Numbered from the stretch's first letter, positions 12,183 through 26,400 are shown. The stretch: 64,000 bases of DNA from Octopus sinensis (GCF_006345805.1 NC_043015.1:25544001-25608000); one strand, 5' to 3'. Numbers and translations: made by a program. The notes: a model not told the origin generated them from the sequence alone.

Positions 12183-13521
12183 GTTCATTTGTATTTTTTT
12201 TTCAGTCTTCGGAGAAATGACTAAAATTTGCTCTGTTTATAATTATCCCATTAAAGCAGCTACATGTACACGCTCACTCTAACATATGTGCATGTATAAA
12301 TATTGATATATGTAAAATGGATTTGTGTGCTATACAAACATACATGTATACGCACACGCATATACATACAAAGCCGCACATCAAATGTACATAAATAGAT
12401 TCCTATAAACACCTATAAAACACACACACACACACAGACTCATCTATTAAGTAATCAAGTAATTATCAGAAGTTTTTCCTTTTCAGCATTCAATCGCGTC
12501 ACTAACAAAATAACAAGATCATTCTTAATGCTTGCGGTAATCTGGATTGTTTGGTGTGTGTGTGTGTATGTGCACGTTAGTATGAATGTTGTATGAAAGT
12601 CATGTGTAAAAGAGAACGAAATCAAACGGAATCGAGTGTAATTGAGAGTAAACGACGAGAGAAAGGGGGGGCAGAGAAAGACGCAGGGAGAGAGGGAGAG
12701 AGAGAAAGAGAAAGAGAGAGAGAGAAAGAGAAGAGAGAGAGAGAAAGAGAAAGAGAGAGAGAGAAAGAGAAAGAGAGAGAGAGAAAGAGAACGGGGAGTT
12801 TATATAAGACAATCCAAATACACAAACTATATACATACATACATACATACATACATACAAGTATGCATAGCCATATATACACATACGGTATGCGTGCATA
12901 TCTAGACAGATACGCCCACTTATGTACATACGTTATGCACATTCCTTTCTAAACACCTCCGTTTAAACTTATTACACACATAAAAGGCATAAGTACAGAT
13001 TGGTGCCCCACTCCCAATTCAAAAGATTTTTAACGAAACTCAGCTTAAAACAGGATTCTGCCGTTATTTCATCACCATAACCATTATCTTCATCGTTGTT
13101 TGTAATGTGTCTCTCCGAAAACGCATAGAAAGTAAAGAAACAAACTCAGATGCGCGCGCACACGTGTGTATGTATGGAACCTATCGTAATCTATCTACTC
13201 ACGTATGTATTTACCTATGGCCTGGCTACCTACTTATGCGCGTACGTATATATACATATATATATATATATGCATACATACACGCACATATGTACACAAA
13301 CACATACACATGCGGATACAAAGACAGAGAGAGAGAGGGGGAGGAGGGAGGGAGAGATGTTCGAGAAACAAATACATAATCCCAGATAAACGATAGTGTC
13401 CCTGAAAGACACAAAAATGAAGAAAAAGGGTAAAAAAAAAGAAAGAAAAAGAGACATGAAAATGGCCATCCGTTTGTTGCAGGACAGAAGAAAGAAAAGA
13501 AATGATCAAAGAAATTCCCAC

Positions 13522-13620
13522 CTCATCCTGTAACTTCCGATTTTCGTCATTAAGAATCGGTATTCTTCCTTCTTGCCAGTCGATTTCGCTCAAAAACTTG
13601 TCCATTTCTTTGCTCTCCAT
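13522..13620 (-). CDS. CCDC39: First coding exon of a CCDC39-like axonemal ruler protein (MESKEMDKFLSEIDWQEGRIPILNDENRKLQDE)
   Basis: Matches the recalled vertebrate CCDC39 N-terminus ([26 protein letters not shown]). The phase-0 GAG|GTGGGA donor falls at the equivalent position, and an X-box lies upstream. Confidence 0.8.
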
Positions 13621-13686
13621 TGTTAAAAATTTGATAGACACTTCCCCACTGTCAACAAGCGATTTCGATAATACTTTGTGATTACT

Positions 13687-13700
13687 GTTTCTATAGCAAC
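13687..13700. promoter_or_regulatory. RFX X-box (ciliary gene promoter element)
   Basis: GTTTCTATAGCAAC fits GTHNYY-AT-RRNAAC, 67 bp upstream of the CCDC39-like ATG. Confidence 0.75.
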
Positions 13701-14107
13701 ATTAGTCATTCAGGGGAAATAACTATAAAATACCAAACTGACTTATTTCCCTTGAATAGCCACGTCATTTTGTAAAATGTGGTTATCTCCCTTAGTAAGG
13801 AGGCTACGGGAAGCGTCGCGTCGATATTTATTATTAATTAATGGACTGCGGCCATGCTGGAGCACTGCCTTAAACGGTTTTTGTCGAACAAATCAACGCT
13901 AGTACTCGAAATGTCTCATCTTGCCAAACTGCTAAGTTATTGAGATGTCAATCAAAAGTAGCTGTCTATTGGTGTGGAGAACAAACACACACGTATATAT
14001 GTGCACACATCCACACACACACATATGCATATACCAGCACATATCTACAAAGGCACACACATATACGCATGAGCACTCACACGCACGCACACACACACAC
14101 ACACACA

Positions 14108-14941
14108 GTGGGGTGTTCGGGTTAAATTTGACGATTTTAAAAATTTCCTCTTTTATTTCTAGAAAAAACAAACGAAACACAAAACTTGATATATTGTTGA
14201 ACATAACAGCGTTAGTAAGAATAAAGATTAAAGTTATTGTTGAAAGACAAAATAGCTGACATTAATGATTGGAAGCCATCTGAATATTGGAAAAGAGTTA
14301 CCCGTATCATGATCATTCATGCCGGATATCCAAATGTCAACATCATGACTGCTTCTCTGTAAACACTGTTAAAAGCAGCAAGACGCGTCCCACGAGTCAT
14401 GAAAAGTAAGTTACCCCGAACTGTGATTGTTTTCGGGTTTGTCTCCAGATAGGGTGACGTCATATTGCCCCGTCTTTGAACAGGGCCTTAGGCTCAATTG
14501 AGGCGGTTATATAAAGCTGCTCGAGACTGTGGTCAAATCCTAGTTGGAGAGGATTGCTGCTGAAGAGACCACATGCCTGACAAGATTCGGCTCCTTACCA
14601 TATCTCCGGAAAGAATCAAAAGTAGTTGTCAGAGAATTTTTGGTCCCCTAATATGTCCGATTATAAATCCAGTGCATTACTATGTGTGGGGAATCGTTGC
14701 CTGTAGCATCAAGATCGAACTGGTGGTCAAGTTGGCAGATCTTTCCAGGAACGCATGTACTTGGATCCAGAGCTGCCTGGAGGCTATGGAGGAAGCTGAG
14801 GGCGGCTACTTGGAGTAAACCCCTCTCACAGCCATAATCTAATTGATATTTTTTGACTTCTTAAGTACTTTCATTTTTTTGAGAGATATCTTTTATTTTC
14901 TTTTTGCGGCAAACTGTCAAATTTAGCATGAACACTCTACA
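14108..14941 (+). mobile_element. Internally deleted maT/DD37D-like Tc1/mariner transposon
   Basis: TIRs gggtgttcgggttaaatttgac (14111) and gtcaaatttagcatgaacactc (14916-14937). Transposase relics resemble FW-P-(S)PDLNPxxYYVWG and end in LEAMEEAEGGYLE*. Confidence 0.75.
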
Positions 14942-16204
14942 TGTACAAACACACATGTATATACACGCACGCGCACACACACACAGAGTACATACATACA
15001 TACATAAACACCGTCAGCGAAGTTCACTCACAGAGCATTAGCCGGCCCAGGGCTATTATAGAATCTGAAGCTGTCACGCAATGGTATTGAACTCGAAACT
15101 ACATAATTGTACAGCGAGTTCCTTAACCACACAGTCATCTCAGCGCCTGGAAAATAAGATAGGATGATAACGTCTTAAAAGCTTTTGGCCATCACCAACC
15201 ACATCACCAGCAATCACCACACCACATCACCAGCACCTACCACCATCACCATCACCAACAACAACGACTCTTTTAAATGACCCCAGTAATTTCAACTATT
15301 CAAATGTTAAAATATCCACACTAAGGCCTTGCTCGATCCAAAAGTAAACGCTTCATGTCAGAACGTTCAGTTTGCTTCCGAACTCTGAACGGAACCCGAT
15401 ACACCTGGAACTATGGACCCCTTAATGCTATCAGTACATTCACGTGACTGCCTTGTCATTGTTATTTCCGCCCTAGGTCAACACTGTTTTCACCCACTCA
15501 CAGTGACCACTGCTACACTCCACTATTTTCTTTGTTTTTGTTTATTATTTGCTCTTTAAATAAAGTGTCTACAAGGACTACAAGTCCTTCTGTGTTGTTT
15601 GGAAAGATAACCGGGTGAGATGTTCAGAGTGATTCGGCGGCCGCTTCAAGCTGGTCAGCCGACACTGAATGTTAAGAGTCAGCATGTTATAGGTCTGCAC
15701 TAAGCTGTAGCAGCAACACCAATAGACGGCGCCGACACCATCACCGAAGCAGCAGCTTAGTTTGTGTTGGCTTCGTTCCAGCCTTACTGGTTAGCAGTTC
15801 GGTAAAAGCTGGTCAATGGAATAAGACTGGACTTGAAATATGTACTGGTTTCGAGTTAGTCGATTACGCCATTCCAGGCGATAATCCAGAATGGCCGCAG
15901 TCTAATGAACGAAATAAGAAAATCAATGATAGCGTAGTAAAAATGAAAAGACTAAACTTTTTTAAAAATTGCATTTTCCAGGGGAGAAAACTCTAATTAA
16001 ATGCTCTCTCTCTCTCTCTCTCCCGCCTAGTTATCTTCCCTTTAAAAAGAACGTACGCCATACAGATTTCTTGATTGACTGAATTTTAATTTTGTTCGTA
16101 AACTAATATTTGATTGCATCATTTCTTACAAACTATCGAAAATACTTCGCATCAGTGAAGATAAGGGTGATTTGATTTGATTTTTTTAATAAACCTTGAA
16201 AACT

Positions 16205-16361
16205 ATTGTGGATTGTAGTGGTAAGAAGCTCGCTTCCCAACTACATGGCTCCGGGGTTCAGTCCCACTGCGTGGCACCTTGGGCAAGTGTCTTCTGCTAG
16301 AGCTTCGGACTGTCCAACATCGCGTGAGTGGATTTGGTCGACGGAACTTGAAGGAAACCTG

Positions 16362-16397
<36 letters not shown>

Positions 16398-16580
16398 ATA
16401 TATGTACGTGTCCTCTCACCACCTCTTAGTGTTGGAGTGTTTACGTCTCTGTAACTTAGCAGTTCGGCAAAAGTTAACGATAAAATACTTATCAGGTTTT
16501 TTTAAAAAAGGGGGTCGATTCATTCGATTCCTTCAAGGTGGTGCCCCAGCATGGACTCAATCTACTGAATGAAAGAAAAA
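16205..16580 (+). mobile_element. SINE family 1, full length with internal (GT)n
   Basis: Head gtggtaagaagctcgc...ggttcagtcccactgcgtggcacc, core, and tail ggtggtgccccagcatgg. Confidence 0.85.
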
Positions 16581-16814
16581 AAGAAAAGAATAAAATAGTA
16601 TGAATAATTAATCAAAATAAAAGAAACTAATTATTGAAATCCTTTGATCGGATTGGATTGTCCATGTTCAGTCGAGTGCAGGATGAATGCCTCAGCATTT
16701 TCTCTCCACGAGAAACTGGCCTGGAATCAGACTGGTTTGATGAGCCTCCTCTGTCACAGTTACTCAACTATAATCAAGAATTAATTTTCGTAATTATTAA
16801 ATAGAATATCAAGG

Positions 16815-17790
16815 AAGGCAACGAGCTTGCAGAATCGTTAGAACATTCGGAAAATGCTTGGCAGCTTTTTGCGGTTGTTTATGCTCTGAGTTCAAATCCT
16901 GTCTAGGACGATTTTGCTTGTCATTTTCCGGAATCGATAAAATAAATACGTGTTGAGGATTGGAGCCGATGCAATCGACCTACCACTTCCTCCAAGACTT
17001 TTGGCCTTGTACCAAAATTCGAAATCTTTATTATTAGACATCGTTAAAAAAGTGCATTAACAGAATCGTTTGAGAATCGAAAAAACCCCCAAAAAACCCA
17101 CCTCTTGATATTTATTCCATCGCTTTACGTTCAAACCCGGGTGAAGTCAATTTTATCTTTCATCCTTTCGGGGTTGATGAAATACAGTGTCAGTTAAGCT
17201 CTCGGGTCGTTAGTATCGACTAACTTCCTTTCCCTAAAATTGCAGGCCTTGTGTCAAAGAAATTCTTATTCTGAGGCTTCATCTTCTGACTTCAAACCAC
17301 GCTGAGGTCAACTTGGATTTTCATTCCACCGGGGTTGATAAATTAAAGTACGGAAGTACTGGAGTCGGTGGTGTGTACCACGACCCCCGCCCCCCGCCGC
17401 TACAAAAATTGCTTTGTGTTTAGAACTGCAAACGTGACAGACTGGCAGAGTTGTTGGAGCGTTGAGCATAATGTCTTATGGTATTTCTTCCGACTGTTTA
17501 CATTCTGAGTTCAAATCCTGACGGAGTCAACTTTTGCCTTTCACCCTTTCGAGACGCAAAGTACAGTTGGTCTTGGCAGGGATAAAACAAAGTACTAGTG
17601 AAGTACAGACGCCGGTGATGTCGATTAACTCTCTTCTCTCAAAACGGCTGGCTTCATTCCGAAATTAGAAATTATTATTTGTAGACGGAGCCGAGTCATT
17701 TGTCTCTTCTAAGACTAGTTATTATTAAAGTGAGTGGAGGATTGTCGTAATCGACAGCGCGTCGAACAAAATACGTTGCCGCATTTAATG
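16815..17790 (+). mobile_element. Tandem cluster of SINE family 3 units
   Basis: Repeated ggcagaatcgttag...ttctgagttcaaat...tttcatcctttcggggtcgataa...aagtac modules. Confidence 0.75.
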
Positions 17791-19799
17791 AAGATTCCTT
17801 TAATGTTATGAATTCATAAAGTGCTGCAAACAATTCCGCTCTCACTCAGTCAGAGATCGATAAAATATTATCAATAAAATATTGGTGCTCTCTTTTAAAT
17901 TTGTAACAACCTGGGTCTCTGATCTGGGATATCTGAATGTCTACTAAGATCATATATCTACATCCGGAAAGTTCTATTTTAGGGCATAATCCTGAACAAG
18001 CTTTCCTTTCATGGAAGACCAGTGGATGCTCATTCATGCAAGTTCTTCATGGCACCGATGTTGTTCAAGGAAAAGGCATGACAACCTTACGGCTTGTCCA
18101 CCCGTGACATTCCAGGTGTTGACATCAGAATACAGAGCCAGAGCAGATATCTCAAGGTATAACCTTCGATGCTCTATCAATTCTGCTAATCCAACACTAT
18201 GTATCGATGGATTAGTCATCGATTCCAACGGAATGAAAGGCAAATTGGAAATCGACGGGATTCGAACGGGGAACGCAGGAAGCCGGAATAAATATCGCGG
18301 GGTATTCTAACCGATGTTCTCTAACAATGATCGACTGCTTCCTACGTTAGAACCATCGTCATCATCTTTAAAAGAGAGATTAATCGGCAGTACCGTCAGA
18401 GCGTCGAACAAAATTACCCTGCCATGTTTATTTTCAGTCTTTTACATTACTTTTGCATTTTTTTCCGGTCTTACATTTCTGCATTCACAGCTCACAAATA
18501 TCAGTTTTTAATTTTACTCCTTCCGGCGACGGTAAAGAAAAAAAAAAACCGGGATTTGGTTCTTTAGCTGCTTCTTTAAAGCAATGCCAAGTACGTGGCT
18601 GGTATTTGATTTATCGACCCCTAACCGGAAGGATTAAAAGTTAAGAGACAGTCTGAGCGGGATTGGAATTAATAATGCAGAGATTTGAAAGAAATATCAT
18701 GAAATCTCAGTTAGTGGTCCCCATATAACGAATAATTTTTAAAGCTAGGCCAAACGAGTTGCAAAATCGGCAGAACATCAAAGACGAAATGCATCGCGGC
18801 ATTTAGTCACGTCATATTATGTTTCGAGTCCAAATTATGACGTGGCTAATGACTGTCTTTCATTCGTCTTCACTTCGATTTAAGTCGATTTATTACAAAC
18901 TTTCCTGCAAATCGAGGGCCTTGTACTATAGTTGTAAAATATTGACAACATGACATAATATTGTATGATGGATGGTAAATATTGACATGGTTAATGTTTA
19001 GCTGCTTTTCATAGAAGGGGTGCCGTAATAATATACTACGTACTACGGAGCATTTAAACTAAGGAGAATGAGAGAGAGCGAGAGAGAAAGAAGGAAAGAA
19101 GCAGACAGAGAGAGAGGGAAATAAGGAGAGAAAATATGAAGGGGAGGTAGAGGAGGAAATAAAAGGAAAGAAAAGAAGGAGGAAAAGAAGAAGAAAGCAA
19201 TGTTAAGTACGTGGCTGGTGTTTGATTTATCGACCCCCAACCAAAAGAAATAAACGCTAAGAACCAGTTTGAGCGGGATTGGAACTCATAACGCGAAGAT
19301 CTAAAATAAATATTGGGCAACTTTATCGCCTAATAGCAATATTATGTTCGCTTTTGCATTGCTTTTGAGGTTTCCAGTCGGAAACTTTGGTAACGGAATC
19401 TCATTCTTTCCATTTGTATATATAACTATATTTATATGATGCTTAGTGAGAGATGGAAGGTGCATTGTCTGTTTCTTATTTACAAGATTTCCAAAACTAG
19501 GGGAATGTAAGGAGGAATTATTCTGCAATTGGTCTTCCATAAAAGGAAACTTTAACCAGGATTCCTTCATACAAAAGAACATTCCAAATGCTGACCCATG
19601 ATCTTATGAGACATGCGGATATCCCAGGCATTTGATGGGAATACTTCACATGCAATGAACTCCACTGAAGGTGCCCAAGGAATCGGTGGTGATGGTAAAC
19701 TTGGCGAAGGATCGAGTCTAACCTAGAACTCAAAACACAAGGGGATGGAACTCATGCCACAAAGTATCTCTTACAGCGCTCTATCAAGTCCGTCACTGC

Positions 19800-20720
19800 A
19801 TTTTCTTTGACTAGTACTTTATTTATCGATCTCAACAGGATGAAAACAAAGATAATCACGGCAAGATCTGGACTCTGAACGTAAAGAGCTGGAATAAATA
19901 TCGCAAGTCATTTTATTCCCCAACTCTCCAACGATTCTGCTAATATACCTATCTGGTAAGGATTACAACAAAGCTGATCTCGGTGAGGTTTGAGCTCGGA
20001 ATGTAAAAAGTAGCAAGAAATACCTCAAAGAAGCGTTATACATCCGCTCTAACGATTCTGCTATTCCACCTCTTTGTTTAAGGATAATTGCTTGTAATAC
20101 TGACTCAAAGCGGGCAAATTCAAGGGGATGGGTTAATTGCTAAGATCGATCCTAGTGCTCAAACGGTACATATTTTATTGATTTCGAAAGGTAAAATCGA
20201 CGTCGGTCGAATTTATACTCAGAACGTAAAGACACAAAATACCTATTTCTTTACTATCCACAAGGGGCCAAACACAGAGAGGACAAACAAGGACAGACAA
20301 ACGGATTAAGTCGATTACATCGATCCCAGTGCGTAACTGGTACTTAATTTATCGACCCCGAAAGGATGAAAGGCAAAGTCGACCACGATGGAATTTGAAC
20401 TTAGAACGTAGTGGCAGACGAAATACCTATTGCTTTATTGCCCATAATGGGCTAGACAAGGACAGACAAAGGGGTTAAGTCGATAATATCAACCCCAATG
20501 CGTAACTGGTATTTAATTTATCGACCCCGAAAGGATGAAAGGCGAAGTCGGCGGAATTTGAACTCAGAATGTAACAGTAGACGAAGTACCTATTTGTTTA
20601 CTACCCAGAAGGGGTCAAACACAGAGAGAACAAACAAGGACAGACGAAATAACGAAATACTGCTAAGCATTTTTTCCGGCTTAGAATAGATTCTAACTGT
20701 TTGCCGCTTTACGCTGTCTA
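19800..20720 (-). mobile_element. Tandem cluster of SINE family 3 units
   Basis: Repeated tcgaccccgaaaggatgaaaggcaaagtcgac...gaatttgaactcagaacgta modules on the plus strand. Confidence 0.8.
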
Positions 20721-21189
20721 ATAGGAAAATTCATTCGTTATTTTAAATAATGTTTTCAATAATTTTCAACAATTAGTGATTTTAGATATTTTAACTGATG
20801 ATTTTGTTTTAAATAGAGTTTCTTTTAAAATATTTGATCTGACGTTGCAGAGAACCAGAAGCACGAATCCGTTTTCTGCGATGCTTAAACGACACCGCTA
20901 ATTCGCATTAACTTTGGAAGTTAAAATACTTAGCTTGTTTAGTTATAAATGAATGCCATAAGTACGTGACACACAAAGTCAGGAGGTATGAGAGATGACT
21001 ATATACTTATTTAACCACGTGCCATATATAGGATTACGGCTGTTTCACAATTTTCTTCATGTATTATTAGTTTCAGTATTTAAGAAGTTATGCGTACATC
21101 TTTTACATTACACTACTTTGTGATTGAATATTATGTGAACTGATAGCCAGTCTGTACGAGGAGCTTACAGTGATATCCGCATGGTTCTC

Positions 21190-21245
<56 letters not shown>

Positions 21246-21345
21246 TAGAATTTTCTCTGATTTTTCAGATTTTTTGTATGCTGGACTACTGGTTTTAAAT
21301 TGATATTAAAATTAATATTAATTTATCTCCCTCATTATTTATATT

Positions 21346-21400
<55 letters not shown>

Positions 21401-22090
21401 TATATATTATATATATATATAACCGTTACCCTTGAATACTGTGTCTTATTTTGTATGTATGTGTGTGTGCGTATGTATGTTTATGCGTGTGTGTGTATGT
21501 GTGTAATAGGACATATGTATTTAGAAGTGGATAAGCATATATGAGTATATAATTTAAGATTATAAGTATATTTATGAGTGTGTCTATATGATTGTCTGTA
21601 CTTGTGTATATGTATATGGTTATATGTGCACAGTTGCACCTAGGTGTTGTATCTATTCACCGTTAGACGATGATGAGAGGAACAAACACACACCCACACA
21701 TATATATATATGCGTGTGCGTCTATACAAACAAACAAACATATATGTGTGTATATATATACAACCTTCAACAAAGTAACAGTCAAGTACACAACTTAGAC
21801 GGACACATACCAGTACACGGACATAGGTTCACATGCACATACACATGTACACACACACACAGACGCGTCTGCCCCATTCTCCTAGATACTCACATACATA
21901 CGTAGCACGTATGTACATACATACATACCTGCGTATGGGCATACACACGTACATACGCACGTACATGTACACACACACATACATACGCACATGCATACGT
22001 GCGCATATACATACATACGCACATGCGTACGTACGTGCATACACACATACATACATACATACATACATACATACATACATACATACATAC

Positions 22091-22148
<58 letters not shown>

Positions 22149-22760
22149 CATGAACTAACTAGATGTAAGGGAGAAAAGAGAGAAAAAAAGAAGATAAGTA
22201 ATAGTAAAACAAAAGTTTCGTGATATAGAGATAAGTGACTGATAATAGGTCTTAGAGTTTTGTCGTGGGGGTGAGGGTCGTAAATCACTTCCTAGTTCCG
22301 GCGGGTGAGGTTGAAATTTGATATTGTTGTGATGAGTGGTCAGTCTACATCTATCCATCACTACAGGTTTATAGCTTTCAGTTTATAGTGTGTGTGTGCG
22401 TGTATATACACACACACATACATACATACATACATACATACATACATACACACAGGCGTACGTACATACATGCATGCATGCATGCATACATGCGTGTATA
22501 CATACATACACACATACATACGTACATATATATAACGAACTAACTGTTACTTTCTCAGATGCAGCACGGATTTTTGTCAGTGAACAGGTCGCGGTCTTAT
22601 AGCGACGAAAATATTTTGACAAATTAAACTTAAATGTTGAAGTGAATCGAACAGCTTTTGTGTGTTTCTTAAATGGCTCACAAACACCTTCCACGCTGCC
22701 TTTGTTTTCGTTTCAGCACACGATCTCAGATCAAATCACTTGCTATGCAAGTACATCTCC

Positions 22761-22819
<59 letters not shown>

Positions 22820-23181
22820 GTCGAGGCACTCTGTCAGTTATGACGAGGACTCCAGTTGATCCGATCAACGGAACAGCCTGCTCGTGAAATTAACGGGCAA
22901 ATGACTAAGCACTCCACAGACACGTGTACCCTAAACGTAGTTCTCGAGGCGATTCAGCGTGACAAGGTTGGCCCTTTGAAATACAGGTACAACAGAAACA
23001 GGAAGGGTGAAAGAAAGTTGTGGTGAAAGTACAGCAGGGTTCGCCATCATCCCCTGCCAGAGCCCCGAGGAGCTTTAGGCGTTTTCGCTCAATAAACACT
23101 CACAATGCCTGGTCAAGGAATCGAAATCACAATCACACGACCGCAAGAGCCCGCTGCCCTAACCATCGGGCCATTGCGTCT

Positions 23182-23185
<4 letters not shown>
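22820..23185 (-). mobile_element. SINE family 2 head and core with a different tail from the 6545 copy
   Basis: Same head (gggccattgcgtctccac on plus) and core as 6650-6850, but an unrelated 3' segment. Confidence 0.75.
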
Positions 23186-23225
<40 letters not shown>

Positions 23226-23412
23226 ACACACACGCATATTTGTCTGTGTGTATATATATATATATATATATATGGAATTATAAGATCAGCAACAATTTAG
23301 ATTCAAATGTATATAGTACTTAATTTAGATGCATCAGAATTTTGTATGGTGTAACCTATAAAAATTTGCTGGGTGATTATAATCAAAAATAAGCAACAAG
23401 AATGATTCCGGT

Positions 23413-23504
23413 AATTTAGTACAATTGTTTCATACTACAACATTTTATTAAAAGCTGTAAATATTACAGCAGATTTAAGATGCTGAGTACTCTTCAGCTA
23501 ATTT
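23413..23504 (-). ncRNA. Type I hammerhead ribozyme with extended stem II
   Basis: Minus strand: AAATTAG CTGAAGA GTACT-CAGCAT...ATGTTG-T-AGTAT GAAAC AATT GTA CTAAATT. Palindromic ACAATTGT stem III, GUA triplet. Confidence 0.85.
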
Positions 23505-23680
23505 ATATAGGTTTTCCAATAATATAAAAGCTTTCAAATCAAGTAATAACATTTTAGGGAAGGTAAATATACAGATAAAGATGTAAATATAAATTTTAGG
23601 AACATATGAGGTTGTGTAGTTCAGATGCTACATTATTGGTATTGCTATTATCATTATTTATATCAATGTTGTTGCTGTTG

Positions 23681-23717
<37 letters not shown>

Positions 23718-23984
23718 TTCCTTTGTGTATTCTGAATTCCTCCTCTTTCTACAACTAACTTGAATTCCTTTTATGGTATTCTAAAACCTTCCCTTACCCT
23801 AATTCCTATAACTAAAAAATTCTTCTAGCAGTCAGTTGCAAGCAGAGTTTTGGTCAGTTAGCATCTGAACTACACAACCTCATATGTTCCTAAAATTTAT
23901 ATCTACATCTTTATCTGTATACTTACCTTCCCTAAAATGTTATTACTTGATTTGAAAGCTTTTATATTATTGGAAAACCTATAT

Positions 23985-24074
23985 AAATTAGCTGGAGTAC
24001 TCAGCATCTTAAATCAGATGTAATATTTACAGCTTTTAATAAAATGTTGTAGTATGAAACAATTGTACTAAATT
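23985..24074 (+). ncRNA. Hammerhead copy with 2-nt core deletion, probably inactive
   Basis: As the left-arm copy, but CTGAAGA is reduced to CTGGA (23992-23996). Confidence 0.7.
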
Positions 24075-24106
24075 ACCGGAATCATTCTTGTTGCTTATTT
24101 TTTATG

Positions 24107-24163
<57 letters not shown>

Positions 24164-26359
24164 ATATATATATATACTAGGTTGTATATGTATATATACA
24201 TTTGTCATGTCTATGTTAACAGTCTAAAATTGCCGGTTTTTATATTTTGTTTTATATAAATCTATTTTAATAAAACGGGACAACTTAAATTTCTTTCTAT
24301 CCTATAGCTTTTGCTATATAAATTTCAAAATATTTATTTGCTACATTCAATTAACTGTTAATTCGCACATCTGTTACTTCGATCACTTCTTTATTTTTTG
24401 TCGTTCGATTATTCCCGAGAGAATGTATTTCCATCGATTATTGTCGATTAACTGTTTGCATACCCTCGGGTACATCTGGCTTGGCTTTGAGAGGCACGGA
24501 CCACAACAGTGTAGGGGGACGACCGATAGATCGATATTTAAGTATGACAATTCATGTTCTCAATTCACTGAGCTCGATTATATTTTGAAATTTGTGAAAC
24601 AATCGTTTCTACTATAGGCAGAAGGCGGCCTGAAATTTGTGAGGAGGGGACTAATTGATTACATCAACCCCAGAGTTTCACTGGTACTTAATTTCTCGAA
24701 CTACCACTAAGCATTTCGTCCAGCGTGCTAATGATTCTGCCAGGTCGCTGCCCTTGAAATCTGTGAAATAATGACCATTGAAAGACAATATGCAGCTGAA
24801 GCTTTCTCAACAAATGCCTGGAAGACTCGTAAAATCACTGACGACCTCTCCTTGCGATCTCTCTTCCACAGCTTAGAATAAAGATGTGGTGTTAGAAAAA
24901 CTAATCATTTCCTTTTCTGGGCGAGAAACAGTTAACAACAGTTGGTAACACTTTAAAATTCAAGGGAGAAGAACAGCAAGTGAATATTGCTCTCATAACC
25001 ACGATGCTACAGTTGTTACGTAAATATTCAAGACAGCATCACACAAGTGAGGCCATCCGAATGATTAGCATGGAGTCATCAGCACACACTAAAGTTTGAC
25101 GCTCACATGTGCTATTCCATCTTTTTTTCTCTATGGCTACAAATGTAGCCCTTACTCCTCAGCCCGTCGTATGTATGTGTGTGTTTTAGTGGTTGTACTT
25201 GTTCTCACATTGCCTGGCAACCAATGCTTGTTCGTTTACATTCCCATCATCTAGCTGTTCGGCAAAAGGAACTGACAGAATATGTACATTTAAAAAATAA
25301 GTACTGAGATAGATTCGCTCACCTAATGCCATAAAGGTTCTGTCTCAGGATGGCCGCTGTCCAATGACTGAAGCAGGTAAAAGATAAAAGATATTAGGGC
25401 ACTGAATCAACAGTGTGTTGGACACAATACCTTGCTGCAGATATTTCAGTATTTCCAACAAGTTGTACGTTTCAATCCTGCCGAAGTCAACTTTGTTTTT
25501 CATCCAATCAAACGTACAATTTGAAGCAGTCATTGATTCCAGTGCTGCTGGTGCTGGGATCGATGTCGTCGTCCGTTACCTCTCAAGAAAATTGATGCCT
25601 TGTACGTTTGTTAGAAATGGTCGTTAGTGACAACTTGTTTTAAAAGGACAAACTTCTTTTTAGACATTGGATATTGGGGACAAAATTCGGATTGGCAGAA
25701 TCAATAAAATCGACAGAATATTGGTAAAAGTAGGTTCGCAGTGTTTATTTAGACGGTTTTTGTTATATACGTTCCGTGTTCGAATCACGTGGTTGTTCGA
25801 CCTTTACCTTTCGTCCTTCCGGCGTGAAGCGAGAATTTAACGACATTGTAAATGAATAGGACTTGTATGTAGGTAAATCTAGTGTGAAACAGAATATTTA
25901 ACAAATGTTTTCTTTACTCTACTTGTGATTTAGTGAAACTTTAAATAATGGATTTCATTAAAAGTCAACGAAATTTATTCAATATGGCTTCCGGTGGTAA
26001 AAAGCCGGATGTCACTTTTACTTATATTAGTTCGTAAATCGGACGATAATTTACACTCTGAGAAAAAAAATAACAAAATCTATATAACAAAAACAATAAT
26101 ATTAACAACAACAACAACGTATTTTTTATTCTAGCCAGCAATAATCACTTATATTGTGATGTATATCGATTTCTTTTGAATAGTGTGGGCACTTATTTCA
26201 TTTCACTGAATTATTTGGTAATTTGGGCAAAAGAATTTGATGTCAATACGCTAGTTGTTTGTTTATTGTATTATTTTTTTATTTTATTTTTTGTTCTCTT
26301 TCTTCTTCATACGTTAGTTCTGTTTTTCCATTTGTGTTTTGTTACGATGTTAGTTGCTA

Positions 26360-26400
<41 letters not shown>

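Larger units (their letters stand above)
23385..24102. repeat. Inverted repeat of about 245-bp arms (23385-23630 / 23859-24102), Penelope-type terminal repeat
   Basis: Near-identical reverse-complement arms; 228-bp spacer containing (TAT)n; each arm carries a hammerhead. Confidence 0.9.

Noticed and set aside
13330-13410. Strong acceptor just downstream of the CCDC39 exon as exon 2
   Set aside because: The phase-0 product (GHYRLSGIMYLF) has no coiled-coil similarity and runs into microsatellite.
16815-20720. Regularly recurring 30-40-nt motifs resembling a CRISPR array
   Set aside because: The intervening sequence is also repeated, the units are SINE modules, the context is eukaryotic and there are no cas genes.
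24730-24880. Plus-strand terminal exon VAALEICEIM...HSLE*
   Set aside because: Its only acceptor is supplied by a reverse SINE head; no other support.
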